Assembly (NCBI RefSeq): GCF_001194135.2
Contig: NC_068992.1
Location: forward strand, 17,353,663-17,404,777
DNA from: Octopus bimaculoides
Taxonomy: Eukaryota
Reading direction: 5' to 3'
Length of the DNA stretch: 51,115 nt
The position numbers and the translations under genes were made by a program. The notes under the pieces were generated by a model that saw nothing but the letters and a program-made list of their open reading frames with translations, was not told the DNA's origin and ran no database searches. Below, one piece after another: positions 11,547 through 22,355 of the stretch (its first letter is position 1; every line of letters begins with the position of its first letter).

Positions 11547-13160
11547 TAGCCATGCCAACACCTCAAAAAATACATTTCATCAGACATTTTTAAGCGCTGA
11601 ACCTTAAACGCTTCTGGAAAATAATCAACATCTAATATATATAAATATATACACACACACATACACTATACAACCACATATCTATAGTAATACTAAAACA
11701 ATGTCTTAATGACTATATTTCTTCTTCATCAGAAGCTGAAAGTATTTAAACATAGACCAGTTATTGATAAATCAGAGCAACTCTATAATCAAGTATTATT
11801 GCTCATTGCTCATTTGCCCTGATGTAGTGTTGTAACCAGTAAATGGTTATAGAAGAGGTCCACACTAACAGGCTGCATCCGGCAGGCCACAGGTACACTG
11901 ATCTCCATCTCTTAAAACTACTAAGTTGTGTTCCTGTTTCACCCATGCCCATCCAACACAATCGACTTTCCATGTGGTCATCATATCCACTGTCTCACCT
12001 CCTAAACCACTGACAAAATCCTATCTTTACAATCCTATTTTTACAAAACTGGAGACCCCCGGAACTCCTTCCCTACCCACATTTCCACTACAGTTAAACA
12101 ACATGATGAAAGTTTGAGTTAAACACCAGGCTGGAGGACCGGCAAACACCATAGACACCACTCTACTCTTCTAATTAAATCATTTTAAAAAAAGAAGCAC
12201 AGCAGAATCTTGAGACGGAAAAAGAGAGAGCGGGATTGATGGGGACTGGAGAAGCCACTAAGATATATTATGACACTATGTAGGCTTTTCTTCACTAATT
12301 AAACTATCTTGAAAATATATCATCTCATATTTCCTTTTTTCATTTGTATGACATTCATGTATAATCTGTAAATTGCAATGTATCATGTTACCCACCAATG
12401 AACTTCTTAGTGTTCTCGAATTTGCTCTAAATATATCTGTTATTATTTGGCAAAAACCACTTAGTCAATCCCTCAATAAATCACTAATTACACAACAAAC
12501 TTTGTTATTTATTCTACCTTCTTTTCTCTCAACAACTTGTCTTCATTAATTTGATGCACATTGTCATGAAACAGAAACATTTTTACATTTTCATGTGTGC
12601 ACAGAAAAACAGGAAACAAATAGACAGACAGAATCAAGAGAAAAATAACAGTCAAACGGATAACCTTACAAGAGTATTATTCAAATTTAATTTGTTTTGT
12701 TTCCCTGCATTTTTTTTCCAATTCCTGTTTGTCTTGTGCACAGATTTAATATATATTTGGCACATAGAAAAGGGTAATTCATGAAATACTGACATTAAAG
12801 CATTTAATACAATACCAAAAGACAACAATGGAAATAGAGAAAATATACAATTTTAAAACAATACTGTGGTTAAAAATGAACAAGTTAATGGCAGACTGCA
12901 TCAATGAGACAAACTATAAACAAAATGAGAAAGCTGAAGAATTAGCTATGAAATTATGGATAAAAAGTGTAAATATGACTGAGTTTAGTTCATAGCAAAA
13001 TGCAAAGAAAAGGTAAGAAAGAAATAAACTAAAAGTAACCAGAAAATTGTTTCCATATTGACAAAAGAATCCAAAATTCTTGATTTCATTATGTGGGAAA
13101 AAATGATATGGAGTTAGAATTTCATTTTCCTTTGAATCAAATTTATGTAACCATTTACAG

Positions 13161-13602
13161 CAGGGGTTTTCAAACATTTTGACTTGCGGACCCCTTTATA
13201 TTTCAGGCTTTACCTTAGGGACCCCCTTATAAACGCTTATGAAATTTATACATAAATATTTGCTTAAAATAACATATATTTTTACATTTATTTATTTAAC
13301 AGTATTTAACAAATAGGTTTATTGTCAATTAAAAGATTTCGGTTAAAAAACATATATACTCTCTGAGTGGTTGGCGTTAGGAAGGGCATCCAGCTGTAGA
13401 AACTCTGCCAAATTTAGATTGAAGCCTGGTGTTGCCATCCGGTTTCACCAGTCCTCAGTCAAATCGTCCAACCCATGCTAGCATGGAAAGCGGACGTTAA
13501 ACGATGATGATGATGATGATATAAAATCAAATTGCCCATAAAAAGTATTTGCTGTCCACGGACCCCGTCTTGTCTTTGCGGACCACAGTTTGAAAACCCC
13601 TG
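13161..13602. mobile_element. hAT-type MITE containing a retroposon insert
   Basis: TIRs CAGGGGTTTTCAAAC / GTTTGAAAACCCCTG with a perfect 8-bp TSD ATTTACAG (13153-13160 and 13603-13610). Confidence 0.92.
13358..13520 (+). mobile_element. Family D copy inserted in the hAT MITE
   Basis: GAGTGGTTGGCGTTAGGAAGGGCATCC...GGACGTTAAACGATGATG; absent from the sister MITE at 34097. Confidence 0.9.
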
Positions 13603-13689
13603 ATTTACAGGTTTCATCACTTGTCTACATAAACCACATACTCACCAGAAGACTTAAGATATTAGTCACAAAACTTCTTTCTGGTTATA

Positions 13690-14160
13690 TACATGGTGGC
13701 TGTCTACTCCTTATGCAGAGTCTGACCACCTCTTTTACCTACACCTTAGATCCATCATAGTGCCTGATGTGGCTTTTTAAACCAGATAATGCATTGAAAA
13801 GACACCCACATAGATTGCACATCTGATTTGGACCACCAAGAGCTGCAGTTAAGTTAGGATTTTTGTGGACCGTAAAATGTCTTTTGGGGCCTCCATTAGA
13901 TTTGCAGACCTTATGGCATACATGGCATTGAAAGGTGTGCACACATATATAGGTAGAGTAGTTGGTGGAGGTTCATTTTTCATGGGTCTGCAAATAAGAT
14001 TTGAGCCCAGCAAAAGAAAGGCATGGCTTGTCACAAACTGTGCACACAAAAAGGTCACTGAGATTCACCTTCTCGATCACAACATTCTTCTTTAAATCTC
14101 TCTGGAGTCTTGCATGTGTCATCCTGGCCTTCTCAAAAGCCTTCACTCCACTCCACATTT
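13690..14160 (-). mobile_element. RTE-type LINE ORF2 C-terminus with three C2H2 zinc fingers (copy 1, pseudogenised)
   Basis: GVKAFEKARMTHARLQRDLKK, the typical post-RT helix, then CTVCDKPCLSFAGLKSYLQTH, one in-frame TGA (13973-13975), CHVCHKVCKSNGGPKRHFTVH and CNLCGCLFNALSGLKSHIRH. Confidence 0.8.
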
Positions 14161-14167
14161 TTATATA

Positions 14168-14370
14168 TATATATCACATGATCACATGACTGATCAGGCT
14201 ATCAGATGTTGTTACACATCGCTGGTCACAATTCGGTTTTGCATTGTTTTAGCCTTCAAATGATGCTACCCCACGGGCTAGGCAAACAGGTCAACATACT
14301 CCCTGATCGAAAGGGGACTGAAGCAATGTGAAATTAAGTGTTTTGCTCAAAAACACAATATGCTGCCTCA
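14168..14370 (-). mobile_element. CORE-like SINE, related subfamily
   Basis: Reverse complement has TTGTGTTTTTGAGCAAAACACTTAATTTCACATTGCTTCAGTC...; the tail ends near (TA)n. Confidence 0.6.
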
Positions 14371-14390
14371 TGTCTTCACATACATATATA

Positions 14391-14531
14391 CCAAAACAGT
14401 TTGATTCAAACTCCTTGATACTCAGAGTTTCAAGTGTGTTGATAGTCTTCAGCCATCAGAGTCCAATGGCCAAAGACTAGCAACAGACCTGAAACTCAGA
14501 GTACCAAGGAGTTTGGATCAAACTGTTTTGG
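14391..14531. repeat. 141-bp fold-back hairpin
   Basis: About 66-bp arms with about 9 differences and a 9-nt loop CAGAGTCCA. Confidence 0.9.
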
Positions 14532-14601
14532 TCCATACATATAACTCCCAATGAATGTGTCAAGTGCCCTTCTTTCATTTATCTACTCATTTGTATGTGT
14601 G

Positions 14602-14638
<37 letters not shown>

Positions 14639-15932
14639 CTTAAAAGAGTTCCAACACTGTCTGTTTTTTATGTTTTATTTATATTCCTGCGGAACTAATG
14701 TGGGGTATAGAATATGAAATATACAATATATAATATGATATACAATATACAATATAAAATAAAATAAAATAAAAATGGATGGCACCATGAAAGAAAGTAT
14801 TGAATGTAGATGAAATATTGAGTGTTCAATATAANNNNNNNNNNNNNNNNNNNNNNNNNNNNNNNNNNNNNNNNNNNNNNNNNNNNNNNNNNNNNNNNNN
14901 NNNNNNNNNNNNNNNNNNNNNNNNNNNNNNNNNNNNNNNNNNNNNNNNNNNNNNNNNNNNNNNNNNNNNNNNNNNNNNNNNNNNNNNNNNNNNNNNNNNN
15001 NNNNNNNNNNNNNNNNNNNNNNNNNNNNNNNNNNNNNNNNNNNNNNNNNNNNNNNNNNNNNNNNNNNNNNNNNNNNNNNNNNNNNNNNNNNNNNNNNNNN
15101 NNNNNNNNNNNNNNNNNNNNNNNNNNNNNNNNNNNNNNNNNNNNNNNNNNNNNNNNNNNNNNNNNNNNNNNNNNNNNNNNNNNNNNNNNNNNNNNNNNNN
15201 NNNNNNNNNNNNNNNNNNNNNNNNNNNNNNNNNNNNNNNNNNNNNNNNNNNNNNNNNNNNNNNNNNNNNNNNNNNNNNNNNNNNNNNNNNNNNNNNNNNN
15301 NNNNNNNNNNNNNNNNNNNNNNNNNNNNNNNNNNNNNNNNNNNNNNNNNNNNNNNNNNNNNNNNNNNNNNNNNNNNNNNNNNNNNNNNNNNNNNNNNNNN
15401 NNNNNNNNNNNNNNNNNNNNNNNNNNNNNNNNNNNNNNNNNNNNNNNNNNNNNNNNNNNNNNNNNNNNNNNNNNNNNNNNNNNNNNNNNNNNNNNNNNNN
15501 NNNNNNNNNNNNNNNNNNNNNNNNNNNNNNNNNNNNNNNNNNNNNNNNNNNNNNNNNNNNNNNNNNNNNNNNNNNNNNNNNNNNNNNNNNNNNNNNNNNN
15601 NNNNNNNNNNNNNNNNNNNNNNNNNNNNNNNNNNNNNNNNNNNNNNNNNNNNNNNNNNNNNNNNNNNNNNNNNNNNNNNNNNNNNNNNNNNNNNNNNNNN
15701 NNNNNNNNNNNNNNNNNNNNNNNNNNNNNNNNNNNNNNNNNNNNNNNNNNNNNNNNNNNNNNNNNNNNNNNNNNNNNNNNNNNNNNNNNNNNNNNNNNNN
15801 NNNNNNNNNNNNNNNNNNNNNNNNNNNNNNNNNNTAAATTTAGATTATTGTTTTTTTACTGTACTGTATTAAAAAATAAAAAAAATATTTGTTTGTAAGC
15901 TTAAAATAGGTTTTTATTAACCATGTATTATT

Positions 15933-16090
15933 CATCATCATTGTAGTTTAACGTCCGCTTTCCATGCTAGCATGGGTTGGACAATTTGACTGAGGACTGG
16001 TGGACCAGGAGTCGACACCAGGCTCCAATCTGATTTGGCAGAGTTTCTACAACTGGTTGCCCTTCCTAACACCAACCACTCCGAGAGTGA
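15933..16090 (-). mobile_element. Family D
   Basis: TTTAACGTCCGCTTTCCATGCTAGCATGG...GCCCTTCCTAACACCAACCACTC. Confidence 0.85.
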
Positions 16091-16418
16091 ATTTGGTAGG
16101 CGGAAGTTACTGCCGTGTGTGTATATGTCTGTGTATGTGCTTGTGCCTCTCTCCGAAAGAGAGAGAGAGGGAATTATTAACCATAAATAAAATACAGAAC
16201 TAGGAATGGTTATCATCAGTTTAGCCTAGAGACAAGTAAATTCGGCCTGGCCTAGCCTAGAGACAAGTTAATTCAATTTTAGTCATTTTTTGACTTAAGT
16301 CATGTCTCCTGGAATGAGAATTAATGGCGTAGGGTGAGGTATGCTTGTATGTTCTTTTATTCCTTTATTTGTTTCAGTCATTTGACTACAGCCATGCTGG
16401 AGCATCACCTTTAGCATG

Positions 16419-16783
16419 GGTGCTTTATATGTGACATCAGCACAGGTGCTTTATATGTGACACCAGCACAGGTGCTTTATATGTGACACCAGCACAGGTG
16501 CTTTATATGTGACACCAGCACAGGTGCTTTATATGTGACACCAGCACAGGTGCTTTATATGTGACACCAGCACAGGTGCTTTATATGTGACACCAGCACA
16601 GGTGCTTTATATGTGACACCAGCACAGGTGCTTTATATGTGACACCAGCACAGGTGCTTTATATGTGACACCAGCACAGGTGCTTTATATATGACACCAG
16701 CACAGGTGCTTTATATGTGACACCAGCACGGGTACTTTATATGTGACACCTGCATGGGTGCTTTTTAAACGGCACCAACACAT
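16419..16783. repeat. 26-bp minisatellite: 13 near-perfect units plus 1 degenerate
   Basis: Unit GGTGCTTTATATGTGACACCAGCACA; first unit at 16419 and last at 16757 (338 = 13 x 26). Confidence 0.95.
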
Positions 16784-17024
16784 GTAGAATAAATTCTAAT
16801 CATAATACCAATGAAAGACAAAGACAAAATTAACGTTATTTAAATTCACATGCTGTTGTTCCGTTTGGTTTTAGTACAGTTATAGTATATTCATTGGTAG
16901 AATATTCTAGAGGTACAAAGCCTACTTTATAATATATCTTGTTTGTAATCTCCCTATTCAGTAACTTTTTGCCCTAATTTTATATAATCTCCATGGAAGA
17001 GTGATCCTGTTTATTCTTCTATTC

Positions 17025-17355
17025 TTTTTAGCTGTTTCAGTCACTGAACTGTAGCCATGCTGGAGTACTCACCACCTTAAAGATTTTAGTCAAACAAGTC
17101 AACCCCCCAGCATTTATTTCAAGTCTTGTACTTTCTCTATCAGTCTCTTTTTGCTGAATCACTAAGTTACAGGGATGTAAACAAACCAGCACTGTTTGTT
17201 CAAAGCAGGGAGGAGAAACCTTTCACACACACAAAGTTTCCATTTACCAAATTTACCCACATGGCATTGGTCAATGCAGGGCTATGGTAGAATACACTAT
17301 CCCTAAGTACCATAACGTGGAACTGAACCTGAGACCACACTGTTGTAAAGTATAA
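17025..17355 (-). mobile_element. SINE family A, degenerate
   Basis: TGTTTCAGTCACTGAACTGTAGCCATGCTGGAG tail through the GGAACTGAACCTGAGACC head. Confidence 0.75.
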
Positions 17356-17478
17356 CTACACCTATATTCAGACACTAATGCACAACAGAAGCTTTAAATC
17401 TCTCTTCAACAGCAAACATCAAAGAGCGAATGTTAAGGTCCCAGCAAATGGAGATCATGAAGCTGTTTAAATTCCTAA

Positions 17479-17640
17479 GGGTGTGGCTATGTAGTTAAGA
17501 AGTTTGCTTCCTAAGCATGTAGTCTCGGGTTCAAACCCACTGTGTGGCAGCATGGGCAAGTGTCTTCTACTATAACCCAGGGCTGACCAAAGCCTTGTGA
17601 GTAGATTCGGCAGACAGAAAGTTAAAGAAGCTTATCATGC
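17479..17640 (+). mobile_element. SINE family A head ending in a fold-back palindrome
   Basis: GGTGTGGCTATGTAGTTAAG...GGGCAAGTGTCTTCTACTATAACC...CCAAAGCCTTGTGAG. Confidence 0.8.
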
Positions 17641-17663
17641 ATGTGCATGTGTGTGTATGTGTG

Positions 17664-17697
<34 letters not shown>

Positions 17698-17736
17698 TAC
17701 ACATGCATGATAAGCTTCTTTCACTTTCTGTCTGCC

Positions 17737-17740
<4 letters not shown>
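17605..17740. repeat. Fold-back palindrome centred on a TG/TA/CA microsatellite
   Basis: 41-bp arms ATTCGGCAGACAGAAAGT(T/G)AAAGAAGCTTATCATGCATGTG with one mismatch. Confidence 0.9.
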
Positions 17741-17815
<75 letters not shown>

Positions 17816-18221
17816 TGTGTGTATGTTTTTGTATGTACCCTTCATTGACATTATGTGATGGTCGTAAACAAGCATCACTGTTATATAAGCAGTGTTGTTT
17901 GCTTCCAATCTGACATGAAAGACATGTCTGATAATGGTAAGTCTTAACTATACCTGGAAACAGGTAAGGGATGGTGACAGAAAGGATATGCAGCCATAGG
18001 AAAATCTGGTCCAAAATAATGCAAAACACACTAAGAAACAAAAGGCAAATAGGTAAGGGAAGAACAAACAGGGTGTATTAGTTTTGATGCTCAGGAAAAA
18101 TGAAAGAGTCCTCGATATTTCAAGCCTATACTCTTCTACAGAAAGGAATGAGGAGAGAAAACAGAAAAATTTGCCTTTATCATATTCTGCCTGACCCTTT
18201 ACAAGTACAGAAAAGTGACTT

Positions 18222-18382
18222 TTTTATTCTTTTACTTCTTTCAGTCATTTGACTGCAGCCATGCTGGAGCACTGCCCGTTAGTCGAACAAATCGACTCCA
18301 GGACTTATTCTTTGTAAGCCTAGTATTTATTCCATCGGCCTCTTTTGCCGAACCACTAAGTTACGGGGACATAAACACACCA
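18222..18382 (-). mobile_element. SINE family A tail
   Basis: TTCAGTCATTTGACTGCAGCCATGCTGGAGCAC...CTAAGTTACGGGGACATAAACACACCAG. Confidence 0.8.
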
Positions 18383-18937
18383 GGTTTGGAAAACGGGTGT
18401 TAAATGTTGATGATGATGATGATGCTAATACTAATCAACAAAAACACTTCCAACATAACCACATTTCCTAGGCAAACAGAAACAAATATTTTGTAACAAA
18501 TGAAAGTCATATGAAAGCATAACCAACATCACTGAAATTAAAACAAATACAAAATACGACAGGTTATTACCATTTCAAAAGGAACCTAGCCAACACACTT
18601 GACTAAATGCCTAAGTGTCTTTCAGTTCTGTACATCTACACTCGAATATCAAACTGTGTCACAGTCGTCTTTGCCTTTTATCCATTCAAGGATCATTGAA
18701 AATAATTCTCTGTTAAATAGACCAGACCCAGCCAAAGCGAGACATCAGTATTCTAAAATGTTTCATTTTTCTCATGAGATAAGAAAGTATACAATGATTT
18801 CACTTCCATTTTCTTTTATATAACCATTACTGCTGCTATAGTTTATTATTCTCCCTTTTGAAATATTACATAAGAATGGCCACAGCAGGTACAACTGGTT
18901 GTGTCGTGGCTAGCAGCAGTGACAAAATTTTGACAGT

Positions 18938-19165
18938 TTAACTCTTTTGATACCAACCCAGCTGAAACCGCTTCTGTAGTACTAACGTCTTGTTTTCAAA
19001 AGTTCTGAATTAAAATCTTCCACCAAACCTTAGTCACAATTTGTGTTCCTAACACTAGCTTAATGATAAATAACTAAGTTATTTTACTAAATTCTTTGTT
19101 ATATTTAAAATTTCTTGAAAGAAACACAGAGCATTTCAACAGAAATATGATCGCAACAAGGTTAA
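18938..19165. mobile_element. TTAA-flanked MITE, diverged copy of 5318-5546
   Basis: Internal sequence GAATTAAAATCTTCCACCAAAC...AACTAAGTTATTTTACTAAATTCTTTGTTATATTTAAAAT is shared; TTAA at both ends. Confidence 0.78.
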
Positions 19166-19350
19166 TGTTGAATAAGGCCTGTTGGTTGGATGCATGCATA
19201 CTGACTCATGCAGGCAATTCAATAAACTGCAGTGTATTTAGTCAACCACTAAGCAAGTTATTAGACAGACTGTTGGGGCCAAATGCTCTGCAATAATATT
19301 CTTTTCTACTCTAGGCACAAGGCCTGAAATTTTGGGGGAGGGGGCCAGTC

Positions 19351-20105
19351 GGTGTTGTGTATGGATGAGGACAGTTGTGTGAAAAAGTGTCACACCCTAG
19401 CAGTAGAGGGAACCTGTGGAAGAGGCAGAAGCAGGAAGAGCTGAGATGAGGTATTGAAGCATGATCTTCAAAGATTGGGCATCACCAAAACAATGACAAG
19501 TAACCGAGACCTTTGGAGATATGCTGTGCTTGTGAAGACCCAACAAGCCAAGGAAGACCGTAACCGTGGCCTATGCCTGTGCAGCATAACCAGCCCATTA
19601 AGAGTACCCTTCAATCATTAGGCAATAAACTGCGCTTGCGAAGACCTGTCGAGGCAAGTGAAGTTGTTGTCGTGGCCGATGACAGTACCGCCTGATTGGC
19701 ACCTGTACCAGTGGTACGTAAAAAGCACCATTTGAGCATGGTCGATGCCAGTGCCGGCTGACTGGTCCCATGGCAGTGGCATGTAAAAAGCACCATTCGA
19801 GCATGATCATTGCCAGTGCCGCCTGACTGGCTCCTGTGCCGGTAGCACATAAAAAGCACCATCTAAGCATGGCTGATGCCAGTACCACCTGACTGGCCCT
19901 CACGCCAGTGGCACGTAAAAGCAACCCACTACACTCTCAGAGTGGTTGGCGTTAGGAAGGGCATCCAGCTGTAGAAACATTGCCGGATCAAACTGGAGCC
20001 TGGTGCGGCCTTCTGGCTCACCAGCTCTCTCAGTCAAACCATCCAACCTATGCCAGCATGGAAAGCAGACGTTAAACAACAACGATCATGATGATGATGA
20101 TGATT
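19351..20105 (+). mobile_element. RTE LINE 3' end of the same family, with 65-bp tandem units in the 3' UTR
   Basis: ATGGATGAGGACAGTTGTGTGAAAAAGTGTCACACC... is homologous to 30295-30490. It is followed by about 4 x 65-66-bp units and the GGAAGGGCATCC...(GAT)n tail. Confidence 0.88.
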
Positions 20106-20565
20106 ATTATTATTATTATTATTAACTTTTACATTACAGTCACCATATCAACATTAATTATCTGGGTCATTGTTAATATTAGAAAACATGAATATTCTTT
20201 TACGATGTAGGAATCAAATTTATCAAAGAGGAAAATGGTAGAATTCCTTTTGCAGACTCAGCACCAAGAGTAAAGCTGAACTTAATGCTGAAAGCTAATA
20301 TAAACACGTGCTAATTACAAGAAACACAACAGCTGCTAGCAGCAGCAGCAGACAGTTGTACCGATTTGTACAGAACTAGGAAAAGTGAGACTGCAACAGT
20401 CAAGTATTTCTTGATTATTTATGAGAGAGTATGATACAAGAAAACATACTATAGTTTGTAGGTTAGGAACCAACGTACAATTGCAATTCTTCAGAGAATC
20501 CTGTGATGTCACAAAACCACAAAACCGTAGTGAATAACATAATACTACAACAGGACATTCATGTA

Positions 20566-20750
20566 CAGTAGTTCTCAAACTATCTGATGTGGTGTCCCGG
20601 CAATTTTTTTTTTCTAATGTGCCAGGGACGGTAATATTTCTTAGTAATATTAATTTATACTGGAAACAATATATATAATGAATATGATAGAAGTTGACAA
20701 TTCTTTTTATCTTATATTTCTTTTGTAAACAAATAATACAATATTACATA
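20566..20750. mobile_element. Partial copy of the second hAT MITE family
   Basis: CAGTAGTTCTCAAACTATCTGATGTGG...GTTGACAATTCTTTTTATC aligns to 33420-33610; right end not found. Confidence 0.75.
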
Positions 20751-20852
20751 AGCTGATAAGTTGTTTACCGCAATGCATAAGGTGAGATTACTGAATGTAC
20801 AGTACTTGTCAGTCGTTACATTGCTACCCTCGTTTTTTAATTTTTATTTTTA

Positions 20853-21081
20853 TTTATTCTTTTACCAGTTTCAGTCATCTGACTGCGGCCATGCTGGAGC
20901 ACCACCTTACGGTGGTTTGCGATGAACAAATCAACCCCAGCACTTATTCTTTGCAAGCCTAGTACTCATTTTATCGGTCTCTTTTGCCGAACTGCTAAGT
21001 TACAGGGATGTAAACACACCAACACCAGTTGTCAAGCAACGGTGAGGGGACAAACACAGACACAAATATATACATACATAA

Positions 21082-21112
<31 letters not shown>

Positions 21113-21421
21113 GGCTATATCAAATCTCTGAGTGAGAAGTAAACAGTAACAGTACGGAATAGTAAAATATATTTGCCAGCTAAATTGGGCAGTCCCATTG
21201 AGGACAATGTTACTGTTGTTTTTAGCCTCAGGTTAAAAACAACAGTAACACATATATACGATGGGCTTCTTTCAGTTTCCATCTACCAAATTCACTGAAG
21301 GCTTTGGTCGGCCATGGGCTATAGTGGAAGACAGTTGCCCAAGGTGCCATGCAGTGGGACTGAATTCGGAACCATGGAGACGGGATGCAAGCTTCTTACC
21401 ACACAGTCATGCCTACGCCTA
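20853..21421 (-). mobile_element. SINE family A interrupted by about 135 bp of foreign sequence
   Basis: Tail at 20853-21075 and head at 21255-21421; the insert at about 21115-21250 lies within the internal microsatellite. Confidence 0.8.
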
Positions 21422-21462
21422 TATATAAATATATCTTTTCTTTATTAATATTTAGCAGAAGC

Positions 21463-21587
21463 TAAGGTGGCAAGATGGCAGAACCATTAGCAAGCAGAGC
21501 AAAATGCTTAGCTGCACTTCATCTTTGTGCTCTGGGTTCAAAAGCCATCAAGGTGAGCTCTGCCTTTCATTCTTTCAGAGTCAATAA
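21463..21587 (+). mobile_element. SINE family B, cut by an assembly gap
   Basis: GGTGGCAAGATGGCAGAACCATTAGC...TGCCTTTCATTCTTTC. Confidence 0.75.
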
Positions 21588-22003
21588 ANNNNNNNNNNNN
21601 NNNNNNNNNNNNNNNNNNNNNNNNNNNNNNNNNNNNNNNNNNNNNNNNNNNNNNNNNNNNNNNNNNNNNNNNNNNNNNNNNNNNNNNNNNNNNNNNNNNN
21701 NNNNNNNNNNNNNNNNNNNNNNNNNNNNNNNNNNNNNNNNNNNNNNNNNNNNNNNNNNNNNNNNTTTAAGGGCATCATGAGAGGCCTGGTTGGAGGCTCA
21801 ATCTTCCGAGTTATTTTACAGGACTTAGAAAAACTGAAGGACTGCTGCAATCTGAGAGGGGAATATACTGATTAAAATCATAATTAACTGATCCTCCTGT
21901 ATTTTCTTTTACCCAAAACCAGGAACTTTGCAGCACCACTTCATGTATGTATGTATGTATGTATGTATGTATATATATATATATATATATGTGTGTGTCT
22001 GTG

Positions 22004-22138
22004 TAAAAATATATATAAAGGAGGCCACTAGGTTGACAGCTAATGTGCTAGAAGATCACATGTCATAGACACATGACATGTGATCTTCTTCTAGCACATT
22101 AGCAATCCACCTAGTGGCCTCCTTTATATATATTTTTA
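22004..22138. repeat. 135-bp fold-back hairpin
   Basis: About 63-bp arms, 6-nt loop AGACAC, one 3-nt bulge and three central mismatches. Confidence 0.9.
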
Positions 22139-22157
22139 TATATACAATAATCCTTTC

Positions 22158-22355
22158 GTGCGGGTGACACGTAAAAGCACCCACTACACTCTCTGAGTGG
22201 TTGGCGTTAGGAAGGGCATCCAGCTGTAGAAACTCTGCCAAATCAGACTGGAGCCTGGTGTTGCCATCCGGTTTCACCAGTCCTCAGTCAAATCGTCCAA
22301 CCCATGCTAGCATGGAAAGCGGACGTTAAACGATGATGATGATGATGATGATGAT
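22158..22355 (+). mobile_element. Family D, consensus-like
   Basis: GACACGTAAAAGCACCCACTACACTCTCTGAGTGG...(GAT)7. Confidence 0.88.

Noticed and set aside
16419-16783. Regularly spaced repeats resembling a CRISPR array (also 40280-40725 and 19683-19925)
   Set aside because: Units are contiguous with no unique spacers, there are no cas genes, and the context is eukaryotic; these are minisatellites.
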